DNA from: the human T2T-CHM13v2.0 reference genome, Homo sapiens
Length of the DNA stretch: 64,000 nucleotides
Reading direction: 5' to 3' (one strand)
Assembly: GCF_009914755.1 (NCBI RefSeq)
Contig: NC_060935.1
Shown here: positions 31,220-44,100 of the stretch, one piece after another
Numbering within the stretch: the first letter of the stretch is position 1
Layout: the number at the start of each line of letters is the position of its first letter
Notes under the pieces: model-generated
Databases searched by the model: none
Seen by the model: only the letters and a program-made list of their open reading frames with translations
What the model was told of the DNA's origin: nothing
Position numbers and translations under genes: made by a program

Positions 31220-31425
31220 AAATAGTTCTTAAAATATGGTCCCCTGACCAAGTGATGACTATAATCATTATCATCACTTGAGAACTTATTAATAATGTCA
31301 ATTATGGGGTCTCTACCCAGAACAATTAAATCAGAAAATTCAGGTGTGAGGTCCAATTATCTACATTTGAATAAAACCCACCATGTATTATATATCTGAT
31401 ACACACTAAAGTTTGAGAATTACTG
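31220..31425 (+). mobile_element. MER5A hAT-Charlie MITE inserted in a MIR/MIR3-like fragment
   Basis: aatagttcttaaaatatggtcccctgacca...aatcagaaa...ctgatacacactaaagtttgagaattactg; degenerate 8-bp TSD acatagag (31212-31219) / acctagat (31426-31433). Confidence 0.8.
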
Positions 31426-34400
31426 ACCTAGATTATCTGTAAATATTCTCTGGCTTTATAAATTATTTTTTAATAGTTTAACTCATGGTCAACTAACTTC
31501 AGCTCATATCCATTACCTATGTAACTCACAAAGAGTATAATGAGGATACTAACATGTGAGAAAGAATCAGGAACTGAATAAATTAAAAAATTGGATATAG
31601 TAAGGAGACTACAAAGACTTTGGACCTTAGACTTAGACTTGTACTGATGAGGAGGCATAAAAATAAGAGATAAATAATTTTTCAAAGGATTCAAACTTAC
31701 AAAAATTTAGAACAATAAAAACACATTATCAAAGTAATGAGAACAATCAGACTTTTAGGATTTAGGGACACAAGGAGTGAGAAGAGTCCTAACAATTCAT
31801 TTATTTCAACTGTCTCATTTTGTTCATAAGAAGCTGAAACACAGATAAAAGAGGTACATTATCTCAAGAGCCAACTTGTGGAAAAATAAAAACATGAATC
31901 ATTATGTAGTAGGTGATTTTAAAATACTTATTGAACTATACCAAGTGGATTTGTTGAGTGGAGGTAAGACAAATTAGTTTCTATATGCGGATGACTGTGT
32001 ACTTCACTGAGCAATTTGGACATAGCTTTAAAAAATTCATGTAGGAATCCATTTACTATGTCACCGTCTAGAGACATTTTTGGAACTTCTAGGATTAGCT
32101 TTCAACTTAAAATTATCTGGAAATGAGTCATGTTCAATCTATTTTATCATATCTTGATTTCTCATTATACCATGAATCAGAAAGTCAGCCTCAGATCTGT
32201 ATATAGGGCTGAATCTTATGTAGCCCTAGCTAGAGCTGACAGCAGTCCTGGTCTCATGCCTGAAACCAATACAAAAAAAATTAAAACCATACAAAAACAA
32301 TTTTCCAATGGTTAAGAAAGCATTTTCATATGAAATGCCACTGAATTTCTCATAAAACGTTATTGAAGGAGATGATGCGATTTAACTGCATCACTTTGGT
32401 ATGATGATGAAACATAAATAATAAATTATCTTTTAAAATTTTTCAATCATTAAATTTAGCAGCTTAAATGTTTGATGTTTAATAAAACTAAATGGTCTCT
32501 TCTATTGTATGTCAATTTTCTTTTCATTTATTCAGCATATATTTTGCACTTACTATATGTCTTGACAATCTGAAGATGGCTACAATATTCGTGTTCTAAG
32601 GAATTTATAGTCCAAGACACCAGGAAAACATAATCTAATCATTGCTATGAAATGATCTTTTTTAAGCCTAAGCACATACAGAATTCATCAATTAATTTTA
32701 ATGAACAAGTCCATTATACATTAATTCAGAACTTCCAAGGTAATCTAAATTATGAAGAGTTACCAGAATCATTAGATATTTAAGCAACATAGGTAGGATT
32801 CAGAGTCCATTAATGTTTGAATATTACAGATAGAGAATTAATCTTATTAACATATAATTTTATTATTTGGAGCAAACATAAGATAAATGTTACCTATAAT
32901 TTGTAGGTAAGGAAACAGAAAAACAGGAATTTTTAGTGACTTGTCAAAGTCACATCAAGTCAATGGGATTCAGGATTCCTAGTCAAATCAAATTCTGAGA
33001 GCAAAGTTTTCTTCTACTCAGTAAGAGCATTTTACTTTTTAGGGACAAGGAGAGACACAAATAGGGAAAGTGTGATCAAGGGAGAAAGAGATAGACAAGA
33101 GGAAGAAAAGAGAAAGAGATTGTTAGTATAAAGTTTTTTTATAGGTCTTCTTTACATATTCATATTCATTCATTTATATAAGAAGCAAGTTATTGACAAT
33201 TTTATTAGCCAGTAAACATTTATCAACCTAGACATCACCAATTTCCAAGGAACAGGAATTTTTAGCCAATCTAGAGATGTAAAAAGTGGAGTTTTTTTTT
33301 TATTCTCTTCTATTACTTTTTCAGCCTCAAGTCATCTAGGTCTTCCCCAAGATATATTACATTTTTATATTTTATGTTATTTCATTTTAACATTAATATT
33401 TTTTTACAAAATCATGCCACAGAGAATAGGATAGCCATAGGAAGGAGTATGTGCCACTATTCACAGAACCGATTTTTAGAATCTGAAAAAAGTTGGAATG
33501 TTATTAGTATAACTTGCCTTTGAGAAAGGATAGAATAATTTATTACTTGCACAAACTGGCTCTGAGTAACCCTAATGATGAATTCTGTAACACCTCCTTG
33601 GAGGAGTCTTGTTCTTTGTCAGTTTCAAAATTATTCTTCCCTTAATGTCCTTTTCCCTATAGAGAATCCCTGGGAACATACACAGAGAATCGTGACATTA
33701 TCCATAGGTAGAGAGAATAATAACATTTTTCTCTTTCCAATAAGAACAATTCCAATTACTTTTAATTGCAGGAAGATGATATATTTTTGGAAGATTGTCA
33801 TCTTTGCCACCCTTAAATTGTTGTCACAGTCCATTATTGCTCTGAGATACCTTTTGGTCCCATGTCCCTCCCTGGTGTAGAAACTCACTATGACTTCTTA
33901 ATATAGGACAGAAGTTTCTCCATATTTTGGCATTGTCCACTTCTTGAAATATCATACTTCGTTACCCTTCCTATTTGTCCTGCATTCATTCTCTACCTAT
34001 TCTTAAAAAAGATCATTTGCTATCATGTCTCTCTACAAATGTGATACTGTTTTCAGGGCCTCGGATACCTCTCATATATCCTTTAAACCTTGCAGGTTTC
34101 TCCTACAAAAGCAAGGTCAATAGTTGCGACCATTGTGAAACCTTTTTCTGGTAGAATGGGTACTTACTATCATGGTGTCTCATATTCATTATCTTGTTAC
34201 AGCACCCACTATATACTTTTTCCAAGTGTTTTGTCAGTTGGGTCCAAGCTCTGAGCCCAGAGGCGATGCTGTAGTCTTCTTTGTAGCTCTAGCAACCCTT
34301 GCAGAGTTGGAATGCACATGTCAACATAGTATGCTCTACAGAACAAAGAATTATATGAAGCCCAAGAGGAAATAAGAAAAGATAAACTCTGGCAAATATG

Positions 34401-34454
34401 ATTTTTTTTCAATTGTTCAGATGGAAACCATAAAATTATATCTAACACTTAGAA

Positions 34455-34680
34455 AGTGATTGTTTTGTGTCAAGCACTGTTCTACACGCTTTATGTAAAT
34501 GTGCACATAATTAATTCTTACTCCAACTTCATGGGGAAGACACTATCATTATCCCTGTTTTACCAATCATAAAATAGACACACACATTGGTTAAGTAACT
34601 TAGTTAAGACCACCCAGTTTGGGCATAGAGATGATATAAACCAGGTAAATGAATTAAAATACCATACTCTACTATATCTT
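34455..34680 (-). mobile_element. MIR element
   Basis: tgtgtcaagcactgttctacacgcttta...actatcattatccctgtttta...ggttaagtaactt; reverse MIR. Confidence 0.7.
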
Positions 34681-34784
34681 ACCAGCCTTAGAAAAAATGT
34701 CTAGGAGTGGCTTAAATGTATGAACTCACTTAGTTCCACTTCCTATAGAGTGAGCTTTAGTTTAGTTACTAGCAAATAGTGTGC

Positions 34785-35010
34785 TGGGGATAGACGAAAG
34801 GACAAAGAGACATTTAAATTCTGGTTCTATATTGATTACTAGTTACCATTTAAATTGTGTTATTCTGATCAGGATTTTTGCAATGTTTTTATAAATTCAT
34901 AGGGTTTCAATGTCCTCATCTCTGAAAGGAAAACAGCATAGACCCAATCTTCCTTGATTGGCTTGAAGATGAAATAGGTAATGCTCAGGAAGTGCTAAGC
35001 ACAGAATCTA
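34785..35010 (+). mobile_element. MIR fragment
   Basis: aaattctggttct...tactagtt...tttcaatgtcctcatctctgaaagg...gaagatgaaataggtaatgc...aagtgctaagcacag. Confidence 0.55.
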
Positions 35011-36746
35011 CTGCAAAAAGAACCAAGTTAAAAAGATACAACTAAGAAGATCCACCTCTCAACATGATTTCTGTTAGAACTGCCACTTTTGGCTAGTCAG
35101 GAATTCACATGGCAACCATGATGATAATGAAAGAGGGGAGATGCAGTGAACTGGAAAGAAATGAAAGGTGAGGCACTACACTTTTTCTTCCTTTTTTTTT
35201 AAATAAAAAGTGGTAACTCAAATATCAATATTCTGCAAGGCAGTCATATGAGTTACTTGCAGACTCTCTTCATTACCTCTCTATGAGACTATCTTTCATA
35301 TGACATATTAATTCCACACTTCCTAGCTTATGACTCAGAATGTTGTGTGAACACTTTATTCTGACCATCTATAATACATCTGAATTCTGACCCTGTTCTC
35401 AGTTCCCTCTACCCCTGCAGAGAGACAATTCCAGTACTGAGTTCAGAATCAGAACTTAGATTCATTCCCTAAACTTCTGAGATTTTTAAAAATCTTGCCT
35501 ATTTTATTCAATGTTTTCCTCTACAAAAGCTTAGCCAAGCAAGAGATTTAAATTATGCACAACTGAGAGATATAAAAATGAAAGGAAGCGAAAGAAATTT
35601 TTCTCACATGCTCACCCTCTGCTCCTGTGAAATAGGCCTTATGCTGAAAACATGCAGAACCTTTTGTGCCTTTTCTGTTTCCTTAAATTAAGGCTCCTAA
35701 ATGGTGTTCTCTTAGAGGATTAAGGAAAATAAATATGTATGAGGCCATCAAAATCAGGATATTGGTGGTCTTTCAACATTCCCTAAAGAGTAGATTTAAT
35801 GTAAATCAAACTGAACATATCCTTCCTACAGCTTATGAAAAGTCTTTGAGTTGACAGTTTTACTATGTTGCTTTGAGGTGTATTTTCCAAGAAGAAAACA
35901 CTGAGTGCAAGAGACAGATTTAGAGAAAAAGATTTGTTTTCACACATTCATATAGTACTCAATCTCTCTAAGTTTATGTAATAGTTACTCAAACTCCCTT
36001 GATACTTCCCTAGCCCACATTCTGGGTCTTCTCTCCCTACAGCAAACTGAAGATACACTGAAAATAAATTAAATATTCATCAACCTAAAAAGATCTTTTC
36101 ACGTGTCCCCAGGGAACAGCCACAGGGAGGAATGCAGTAATATAATATTTTTTACAAACAACCCAGTATGTCAGTATTGACTATAATATCCACTTGTTAT
36201 ATGTTATCTTTATTTTTCTAGAATACTGTAATTCATAACTTTAGTGTTTCTAGTTTGCTGTCTTTTTTAATTAAAAAAAGAAACTAAGTAGCAGCTACCT
36301 CTAAATCAGATAATTTTTACTTAACAATATAGACTCATAAAACATTACTTTTACCTATTGGCAACATGCTATGATTTTTATTCTTTGGGGATGACAATTA
36401 TTTCACTTTTCAATGCTTGTTTTGTTTTTCTTTTTCTGGCCTATTCTGTTTATGTCTCAAAATATGTTCTTAAAAGCTTACCAAAATGCCAAATATCAGA
36501 GGCAAATGAGTGTCAAGTTTATAACTTACTGTTCTAGCAATGGTATACTGTCCTCACATTTGCATAAAATAATATTATGGTTATGAAATATAGTATTTAT
36601 ACCAAGGCTTTCTGAAGCTATTTTTTAATTCTATGATCTTCACTGAATGTAAGTTGAAATACTTTATTTAGACTTATGATGGACAGCATAAGTTCAATTT
36701 TATAGTACAGACACAAATTTTAGAATAAAAATATTTAAACAAATAA

Positions 36747-36751
<5 letters not shown>

Positions 36752-36791
<40 letters not shown>
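36752..36791. repeat. (AC)n(AT)n compound microsatellite
   Basis: Directly visible. Confidence 0.9.
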
Positions 36792-37199
36792 AAATCAAGG
36801 CTAAATTCCAGATTGAGCTGATACCATAAAACTGATAGAAGTAAAGAAGAAGCTAATTTAGACATGCCCACAATAAAAACAAGAATATGAAAGAGATGGG
36901 TTCATGGTCTTGGGTCAATGACATAATTTTTAATAAAAACTAAGAGAAGCCAAATTACACAACACACTTTAGTGTCCAAAAAAGTATTAATTTATACTGT
37001 AAATATAAACACAAATATAGCCAGCCACACTGAAACCAATGAGAGATAAGAATATAGTTACAGCACACGTACATGAGCTAACAGTGTTTATCAGGTGTGA
37101 TTCAGTAAAACTCCTCTCAGTAATTAAGAGAATAGAAAAGTCTCCTGAAGATTGATGATGAGAAAAAGTAAACTTGTAAGTTTATCACTCACTTTACAA

Positions 37200-37690
37200 C
37201 AATTTTTTAGAATGGATTAGCATTCATAGAATTTGTAAAGATTTCAAGAAAGTAGTGATTATACAAGCCTACCTGTGTTTACAAGAAATCATGCCAACAA
37301 TATATTTTTCTTTCACACTGGGTCTCTTAATAAGGAATTATTTTAAGAGGTAGTGGTTTCAGTAAAGTTTTGACAAAGTCTCACATGAGGCATATCCTTA
37401 CTAATAGATTTAAAGCATATAGAATAAAGGATGTATAGTTAAATGAATTTGTAGTTTAACCACTGCTGGCAAAGTGAATTATTGCAGCATTATCAAGCCA
37501 GAGGGAGACTTTCTGGCAGGATGTTAGATGGCATCCTATTCAAAATCATAGGTGCGAGTGCAGGTGACATAGAAGGCTTACATACTGAATTCACTGATGA
37601 GAATGTGGCTGACTGGCTATGCTAATTAAGTTGGGTTACAGACTTAAGATTTAAAAAGGTCTTATTAGGTAGGGTAAAATAAGTTGAATT
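37200..37690 (+). mobile_element. L3/CR1 LINE reverse-transcriptase fragment
   Basis: tttcagtaaagttttgacaaagtctcacatga (DFSKAFDKVSH-like), gagggagac...cctattcaaaat, gacatagaaggc...actgaattcactgatga (IKFADD-like) and aagatttaaaaaggtctt (IQKDL-like) occur in CR1/L3 order. Confidence 0.7.
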
Positions 37691-38990
37691 TTATTTGTTT
37701 TAAAAATCACGTGCCTACTTGTACATGGCACAGTGGAACACAGAAGATTTATTTCAGTACTTGCCAATCTTCTGTGAATGTGATAATTAGAAAAACTAGC
37801 TTAAAATACTAATTTTTTTGCACCATCTCACAAACGTTAACTCATAATAATTTTCATGAGTGGTTATTGGAAAGTTATTATTTAAAAAATCATGTCAGTA
37901 ATTTTTATCATTGTGAAGATCTTAATAACTCTGATCTATATGAAAGAGCCCTGAAACTCAAGAAATTTACAGAGAAGATATAACATACAAAATGTCTGTA
38001 AAACTTCTTTGTAAATAGTAAGTGGCTATATGCATTGGAAGGTTATTATTATTATTTGCCTCTAAGTTATAGGACATATATGATGAATTTTAAACATTGA
38101 AAATTGATATTTTCTCAGAAATGTTAACTAAGTCAAACCTGCCATGGTTACTTAAATCTCTGTCTTTTCTCTTATTCTCATATATTTTTAAAGGTAAATG
38201 AGACTGGTTAATGTGTCTGTCTACATTGGAGAGGTGTTTTAATGCTCTTTTCAATAGTTTTCTTTTTTACCTAAGGCTATGGTTGGAGGATGTACCTAAT
38301 TTGCCGACAAAAGAAAAAGTAGGGGGAATCCAGGAAATCTAAGGCACATCAGTCATACTTGACTACAAATGTGAAATCTGTGATAAGCCCAAGAAAACCT
38401 AGATAACATGACCAAGGTGGTCAGTGAAATCAGAAAGAATAACACGTGAGTTTCCCACTGTGCTCACGATGACATTCCTCTGGAGTCTGAAGGGAAACAG
38501 ACACTTAAATTGACAGGTATATAAGCTAGTAATGGTATTTTCTGGTTTTCTGTTACTAACTTTCTTTGTTCCTCAAGTCCTTAGCTAAACATTTTGTACT
38601 TCCTCAGTTATCCAACATCAGATCCCCTGAATCAAGAGGAATGTCTATTTTACCATTCTGCAGGCATGCCTGACCCTGCCAGGAAACATCCCATCAAATC
38701 CAGATTCTTATTTGCATTTGCCAAGCAGATACTTTACATCCAGTCACTGTAATGCAAAATATCAAAAACGTGAGGAAACATTGAGCATATTATTTTTCTT
38801 TTTGTATTGGAAATATTGTTTTGTTGTTATTATTACATTTAAGGAGAATAGTAAGGGATTTAAAAAAAATAACAGTGGAGGGTCAAACGAAAAAAAAAAA
38901 CACAACTCAGTCACAAGGAGGAACAAATAATGGATTGGAAACCATCAGCCTAAAATTAAAGAAAACTATGAATACATAATATAGTCATCG

Positions 38991-39531
38991 TGTCAGAGGC
39001 ATTTGAACCAAAGTAACTCCATCTTAAATAGGAGCTGAGTAAAATTAGGCTGAAACCTACTGGGCTGCATTCCCAGATGGTTAAGGCATTCTAAGTCACA
39101 GGTTGAGACAGGAAGTCAGCACAAAATACAGGTCATAAAGACCTTGCTGAAAAAACAGTTTGCAGTAAAGGAGTCTGCCAAAACCCACCAAAACCAAAAT
39201 GGCGACAAGAGTGGTGGTCCTCACTGCCACACTCCAGCGAGCATCATGACAGTTACAAATGCCATGGCAATGTCAGGAAGTTACCCCATATGGTCTAAAC
39301 AGGTGAGGCATGAATAATCCACCCCTTGTTTAGCATATCATCAAGAAATAACCAAAAAAATGGGCAAGCAGCAGCCCTCAGGGCTGCTCTGTCTATGGAG
39401 TAGCCATTCTTTTATTCTTTTATTTCCTTAATAAACTTGCTTTCACTTTGCACCGTGGACTCGCCCTAAATTCTTTCTTGCGCAAGATCCAAGAACCTTG
39501 AGGTCTGGATCGGGACTCCTTTCCTGTGACA
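38991..39531 (+). mobile_element. MER41A 5' LTR
   Basis: TGtcagaggcatttgaacc...gggctgcattcccaga...aaagaccttgctga...gccatggcaa...AATAAActtgctttcacttt...ttcctgtgaCA matches MER41A. Confidence 0.93.
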
Positions 39532-39537
39532 TATTGC

Positions 39538-39555
39538 TGGTGACCACGAAGGGAC
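39538..39555 (+). other. Primer-binding site complementary to tRNA-Arg(TCG)
   Basis: TGGTGACCACGAAGGGAC versus the reverse complement of the remembered tRNA-Arg-TCG 3' end (...GTCCCTTCGTGGTCG-CCA), TGGCGACCACGAAGGGAC; one CpG transition. Confidence 0.8.
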
Positions 39556-41087
39556 TACAGTGCAGAAACCCTGACTCAATGTCTACCTTTGGGTAAGTGT
39601 TGGCGTCCTGTAACATATTTCTAGCAAACGACAGAAGGGAAGATACTGAGGAGACTCCTCAATGCAAAGGAAATAGACTGCAGCACTGATTGGCTGACTT
39701 TGGGTAAGTGGTGGGGTACCCAGGTAAAGGATGGAATTGGGTTAAAGGCCCAATTTAGGGTAGTTAGAGTCTCTCCTAAGATAGAGTGGGTTAGAGTCCC
39801 CTCTTAATAAAAGGCAAGGATGCTTGATAGACCTTGGGTTAGAGACCCAACTTAGGAGGGTTAGAGTCCCTTCTAAGATTTAGGGAGGTTGGAGGCCCCT
39901 CTCGGTAAAGTCCCTCTTGGTTAAAAACAGGTTCGGCAGCGTGAGATGTTAACTGCTATTCTCTTTGAATTCATCTGTCTTGCACTCTTTGCTGATGGCT
40001 GTGGGTGACAGGGTTGGGCATGTACAAGATCTCGGGACATGGAGTTTTTCTTACCTAAAAGGGGAAACTTGAGAGCTAATAGGATTGCTGGAAAAAAAAT
40101 CCCTTCACAATAGCTGCCGCAGCCACCTGAGCTTTTCATTGTCGCTGCAATGGGTGGGTCTTTCTCTGGCCTCCCTGATCATTTTGCCTTCCCTACCCTG
40201 GCACAGACAATACTTTCCTTCTCTAGTTTCCCTTTTTTATCTTTTCTGTTACTCAGGGCAACCATCTTACCCAGAGACCACATGTTGAAACTCCAAGTCT
40301 GAGGTTGGATTAAAGATGATGGGGCCCATCTGGGGACAAATTTAAGCCTTGGCAGTTTGATATTGGGTGCTAAGCAGAGTGGCTAAGGTCTCTGCTTTAT
40401 CACACGTATTTTGCTCTGGCCAGAATGAAAAAATAATAATTTTCCTTTATGATACATTTTGGCCCCCAGGATAATGGTACGGCAAGCCAGTTCACTAGGG
40501 CCTTTCAGGGAATGAGACCCCAGAAGCCTGGAATGCCAGCAAAGGGTAAGAATATCTTACCAGTCAGGTGTAGGGCTTCTCTCTCTCTGTGCAAACGGTT
40601 GAATGAGTGGTAAAAATAATCAGTGTTTATCTCCTCTGTAAAGTTTGGATTAATGCGAAAAAGAATTCTGAGGCTAGTCTTAAGCTGGTGTATTTTGTGC
40701 TATGAATTCGTTTTTTCTGTGTCGAGGGGTACTTTAGGATAAAACACAGGCTTAGAACACCTGTAAGCCCGCTTTTCAAGATGATCCAGCAAGCTGGACA
40801 GTAATAAACTTGGCTACAGGTCTCTGAAACAAACAAAAAACCTGGATTAAGTCTCCACATTGTTTTATGTCCTTGGGAGCATCACCCTTTAACCTTAACC
40901 TTTAAAAGCTATCAACCTTTTAACCACGTGGCGGTACATTCTCTTGGTCTCCACCTTCCAGGAAACAGGAATTTTACGGTTCATGGTTGTAGTTAGCTCT
41001 AAAAATTCTATTAAATAGTTAAAAGCCTCCGCAAGCTCGAAATTAACTACTCTAGAATCTTTCTGGGAAAGAAAACAAAGTTTGCCC

Positions 41088-41159
41088 TGTGCTGTAGCTC
41101 AGTAGCTACCGTTTTGCACTTTCACAGTGGTAGTCTGGGTTCAATTCCCTGCCTAGAAA
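41088..41159 (+). pseudogene. tRNA-Glu(TTC)-like degenerate sequence inside MER41-int
   Basis: A-box TAGCTCAGTAG (41095-41105), anticodon loop CTTTCAC (41119-41125), B-box GGTTCAATTCC (41138-41148); gapless hand alignment to a remembered human tRNA-Glu-TTC gives 43/66 identities. Confidence 0.6.
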
Positions 41160-44100
41160 GAAAGTCGTTTGTCATTTAATAACTGCATGACCTTGTCTGT
41201 TCTCTTCCCCTCTGCGGACTCTCTCAAATTTTCCTTTCTCTAAGCACCTAGGAGGTTACCTTTGGTAAAGTTTAGAAGATAGAAATATTGGCTGCTTGGC
41301 ATAACTAAAATCCGGTAATAAGAGATCTGAAAGAATTTCTTTTTTAAAAAGTGCTATGGTTAAAAGTCAGCTGAATTAAAAGTGGATAAACAAGCTATAG
41401 ATATATTTAAAAGGCCTTTATGTTTTTCTCTTCTTAGAACTTGTTTTTCTGGAAAAAAAAATTTTCTTCTCAATCAACTAAATTATTTTTTCTCTCTCTC
41501 TCTCTTTTTCTGTCTTGCTACTCTTAATGCACACATGAGATGTCCTAAGATAACTTCTAGTAGCCTGGAACTCCTTGGGAAAAACAGAGGAGGTGCCACA
41601 GACCCCACTTTGGGGAAAGAAACCCTCTGTTTTCCTCATGAAACCCCAGGAGTTAAAGGTAAATAGATCCCTCTCAAAATCAAAGGCTCTGTTCTGTTTT
41701 GCATTATGTTATCTGATGGTTTTGAGTTTTGAGGATACCAGAAATTACTTTGCATTATAAGAGAGCTTTAGTGTTTAACAGCTAGGGAGGAAATATACTT
41801 TAAAAGATGGCTAATAGTAGTTATGGAGGGATACTTGACTCTTTGCACACTTGGATCAAAGAAGCATGCTCTTGGCCTCCTGGAAATAAGAAAACTTCCC
41901 CACCTCCCACTGGGAGATGACACTCCCATGAATGATGGGCTGATTACAAAATGGGCTGATTGGTTTTGGGTTGCCTTGCAATGAAATGCAAAGTAAAATC
42001 ACCGCACTGTGTTCTCCTGCAGTATTTACCTCCTTTGGGGATCTAAGAACTAGTATAAATGGCACCCTTAATTTTAGGAATCTGTCTTTGCCTTCAGATG
42101 CTTATTTGCTGCTTATCTGGCCCAGAAACGCATGCTTTCTTGGTCCTGTTCCTCCATGATCCCCAGCCTGAAGCCAGTAATTCAATCAATAAACTGGCAA
42201 ATGAAAAATCTTAAAAGTGCTAAATCTTCTGTCTGTGTATTTATATGTGTTGTATGTTTATATATAAAAGAGGTCTAATTAATTGGCTTAAAGAAATAAG
42301 CACTTAAATAAAATATTTTGTCAGAAAAATAGAAACTTTAATAATGTCTTTTTGTTCACGTGACTTTAGTAATCTTTTGGAAATAAAGACAGTTTTAAAA
42401 ACTACTGGTAAAATAAAATGTCTTTAAAATGTAGACATTTGGTCTAAATTAAGGTTAAATATCAAATTTGCAAAATGCTTTAAGATCAAACTGTTTCTTT
42501 GACTTTTAAAAATTGTTCAATTTACCTACCATAAAGCCATTAAATTCTAGATAAGACCTGGGGACATGTGGAATTAGCCATGCCCCCTAGCTATACAAAG
42601 AAAACTATAAAGAAAGAGATTTTATTTAAGAAAGAATCTTGTATGGTAAATTATTGTCCTAAAATAAAATGACTGCTTGTTTAAAAGGAGGGATGTTGGG
42701 ATGTTTAGGGCAAGCCAAAAAGTCCAAAAATGTCTCAGATGGTCTGTGTAAGTAATGAAAGGATTTGTGAAAGGGAATTTATGCAAGAAACGTACAATTC
42801 AAAGGTTCTTAGGCCTCCTAAATGCTTCATAAAATGCCGCTATGACTCTTACTGTACAACTTGCCTGCTTAAGCAAGGTAAGACCTGGGGACACCTGAAG
42901 TTAGCCATGCCCCTAGCTATGCTGGAGAGTCAGCCCTTACCTGCATTTCTGCCTGGTGTGTTCTAGGCTAGGCCCCACACCTAGTACACAATTAAAATCC
43001 CTTACTTACCAAGGTTTTCACCAAAAATAAAAGTCACTAAAAGTTAACATTGTAACATGCAACTAAGATTATTAAAGAAACAGTTTTACATGTAAGGTGT
43101 GTAAGGAAAGTAGAATGTACTTTTGGTAAAAGATTATAAGAAGGCATGAGAATGTAATTTTTTCTGTCTAAAGGGTTAAAAAATTGTTAAGTTAAATAGA
43201 CTAAAGCTAAAGGTTTAAACAGTTGTGGGAGGTTTGTAAAAAATCAATTGTAAAATAAATTCTATATGTGGACACTGGCTAAATTTAAAGGGGTATTATT
43301 CAGTTTTTCCATAAATTAAACATTAGAATTAAAGCACAACAGGTATCTCTTAAAGCACTAATCTGCTCTTTCACACGCAAAAAAAGTAAAGGGCTATTAA
43401 AAGCTTATAAGAATCTTACCTTATGGTTAAACATTAAAATTGGGTAAATATGTCTATAAGGTTTTATTAAAAATTGGGTCTAACATTAATAATACATTAA
43501 TGTAAAGGTAAAATGTGGCTTATTTGGTATAAAAACCATACTGGAAGCATTATAAAATGTGAAATGGTATTGTGCTTTCTTTGGGCTATATTTATGTAAA
43601 TGCGTTATCGTTATATGTTCCAAAGTTATGGGCAACTCCTATAATTCTATGTAACTTAGTGTATGTTATTAGTAATTATAATTGTTAGGTAAAATTTTGT
43701 GTGCCACATAAGTAACCAAATTTCCTTATCAATTGTGGCTTTAGTAGTGGCTGTCCTAAAACTTTTTATCATCCACAGACAATTGTTTTCTTGTTTTAAT
43801 CCTCTTTAGAAGGTGGTTTAAAATCAATTATAGAACTCTAACAGGTGTTCTTAAATGCAAATTTTCTGATAACTTTGGAAATTGTGACATCAGAATAGAG
43901 GAAAAAAACTTTCAAAACTCTCATAAAGAACTGAAATGTTCATAACTATCAAACAAAAGTTAACCTACATGGACTAAACTGAAAAAGTCTAGTCTTTTTA
44001 ACTTGCTTAAAACGTTTCTAATCCTTTGTTTTATTTTTCAGAGTCAAGAAAACTTTTCTTTCGAGCTATTTACAGCTTTTAAAAGTTAAATGTACTCCTA

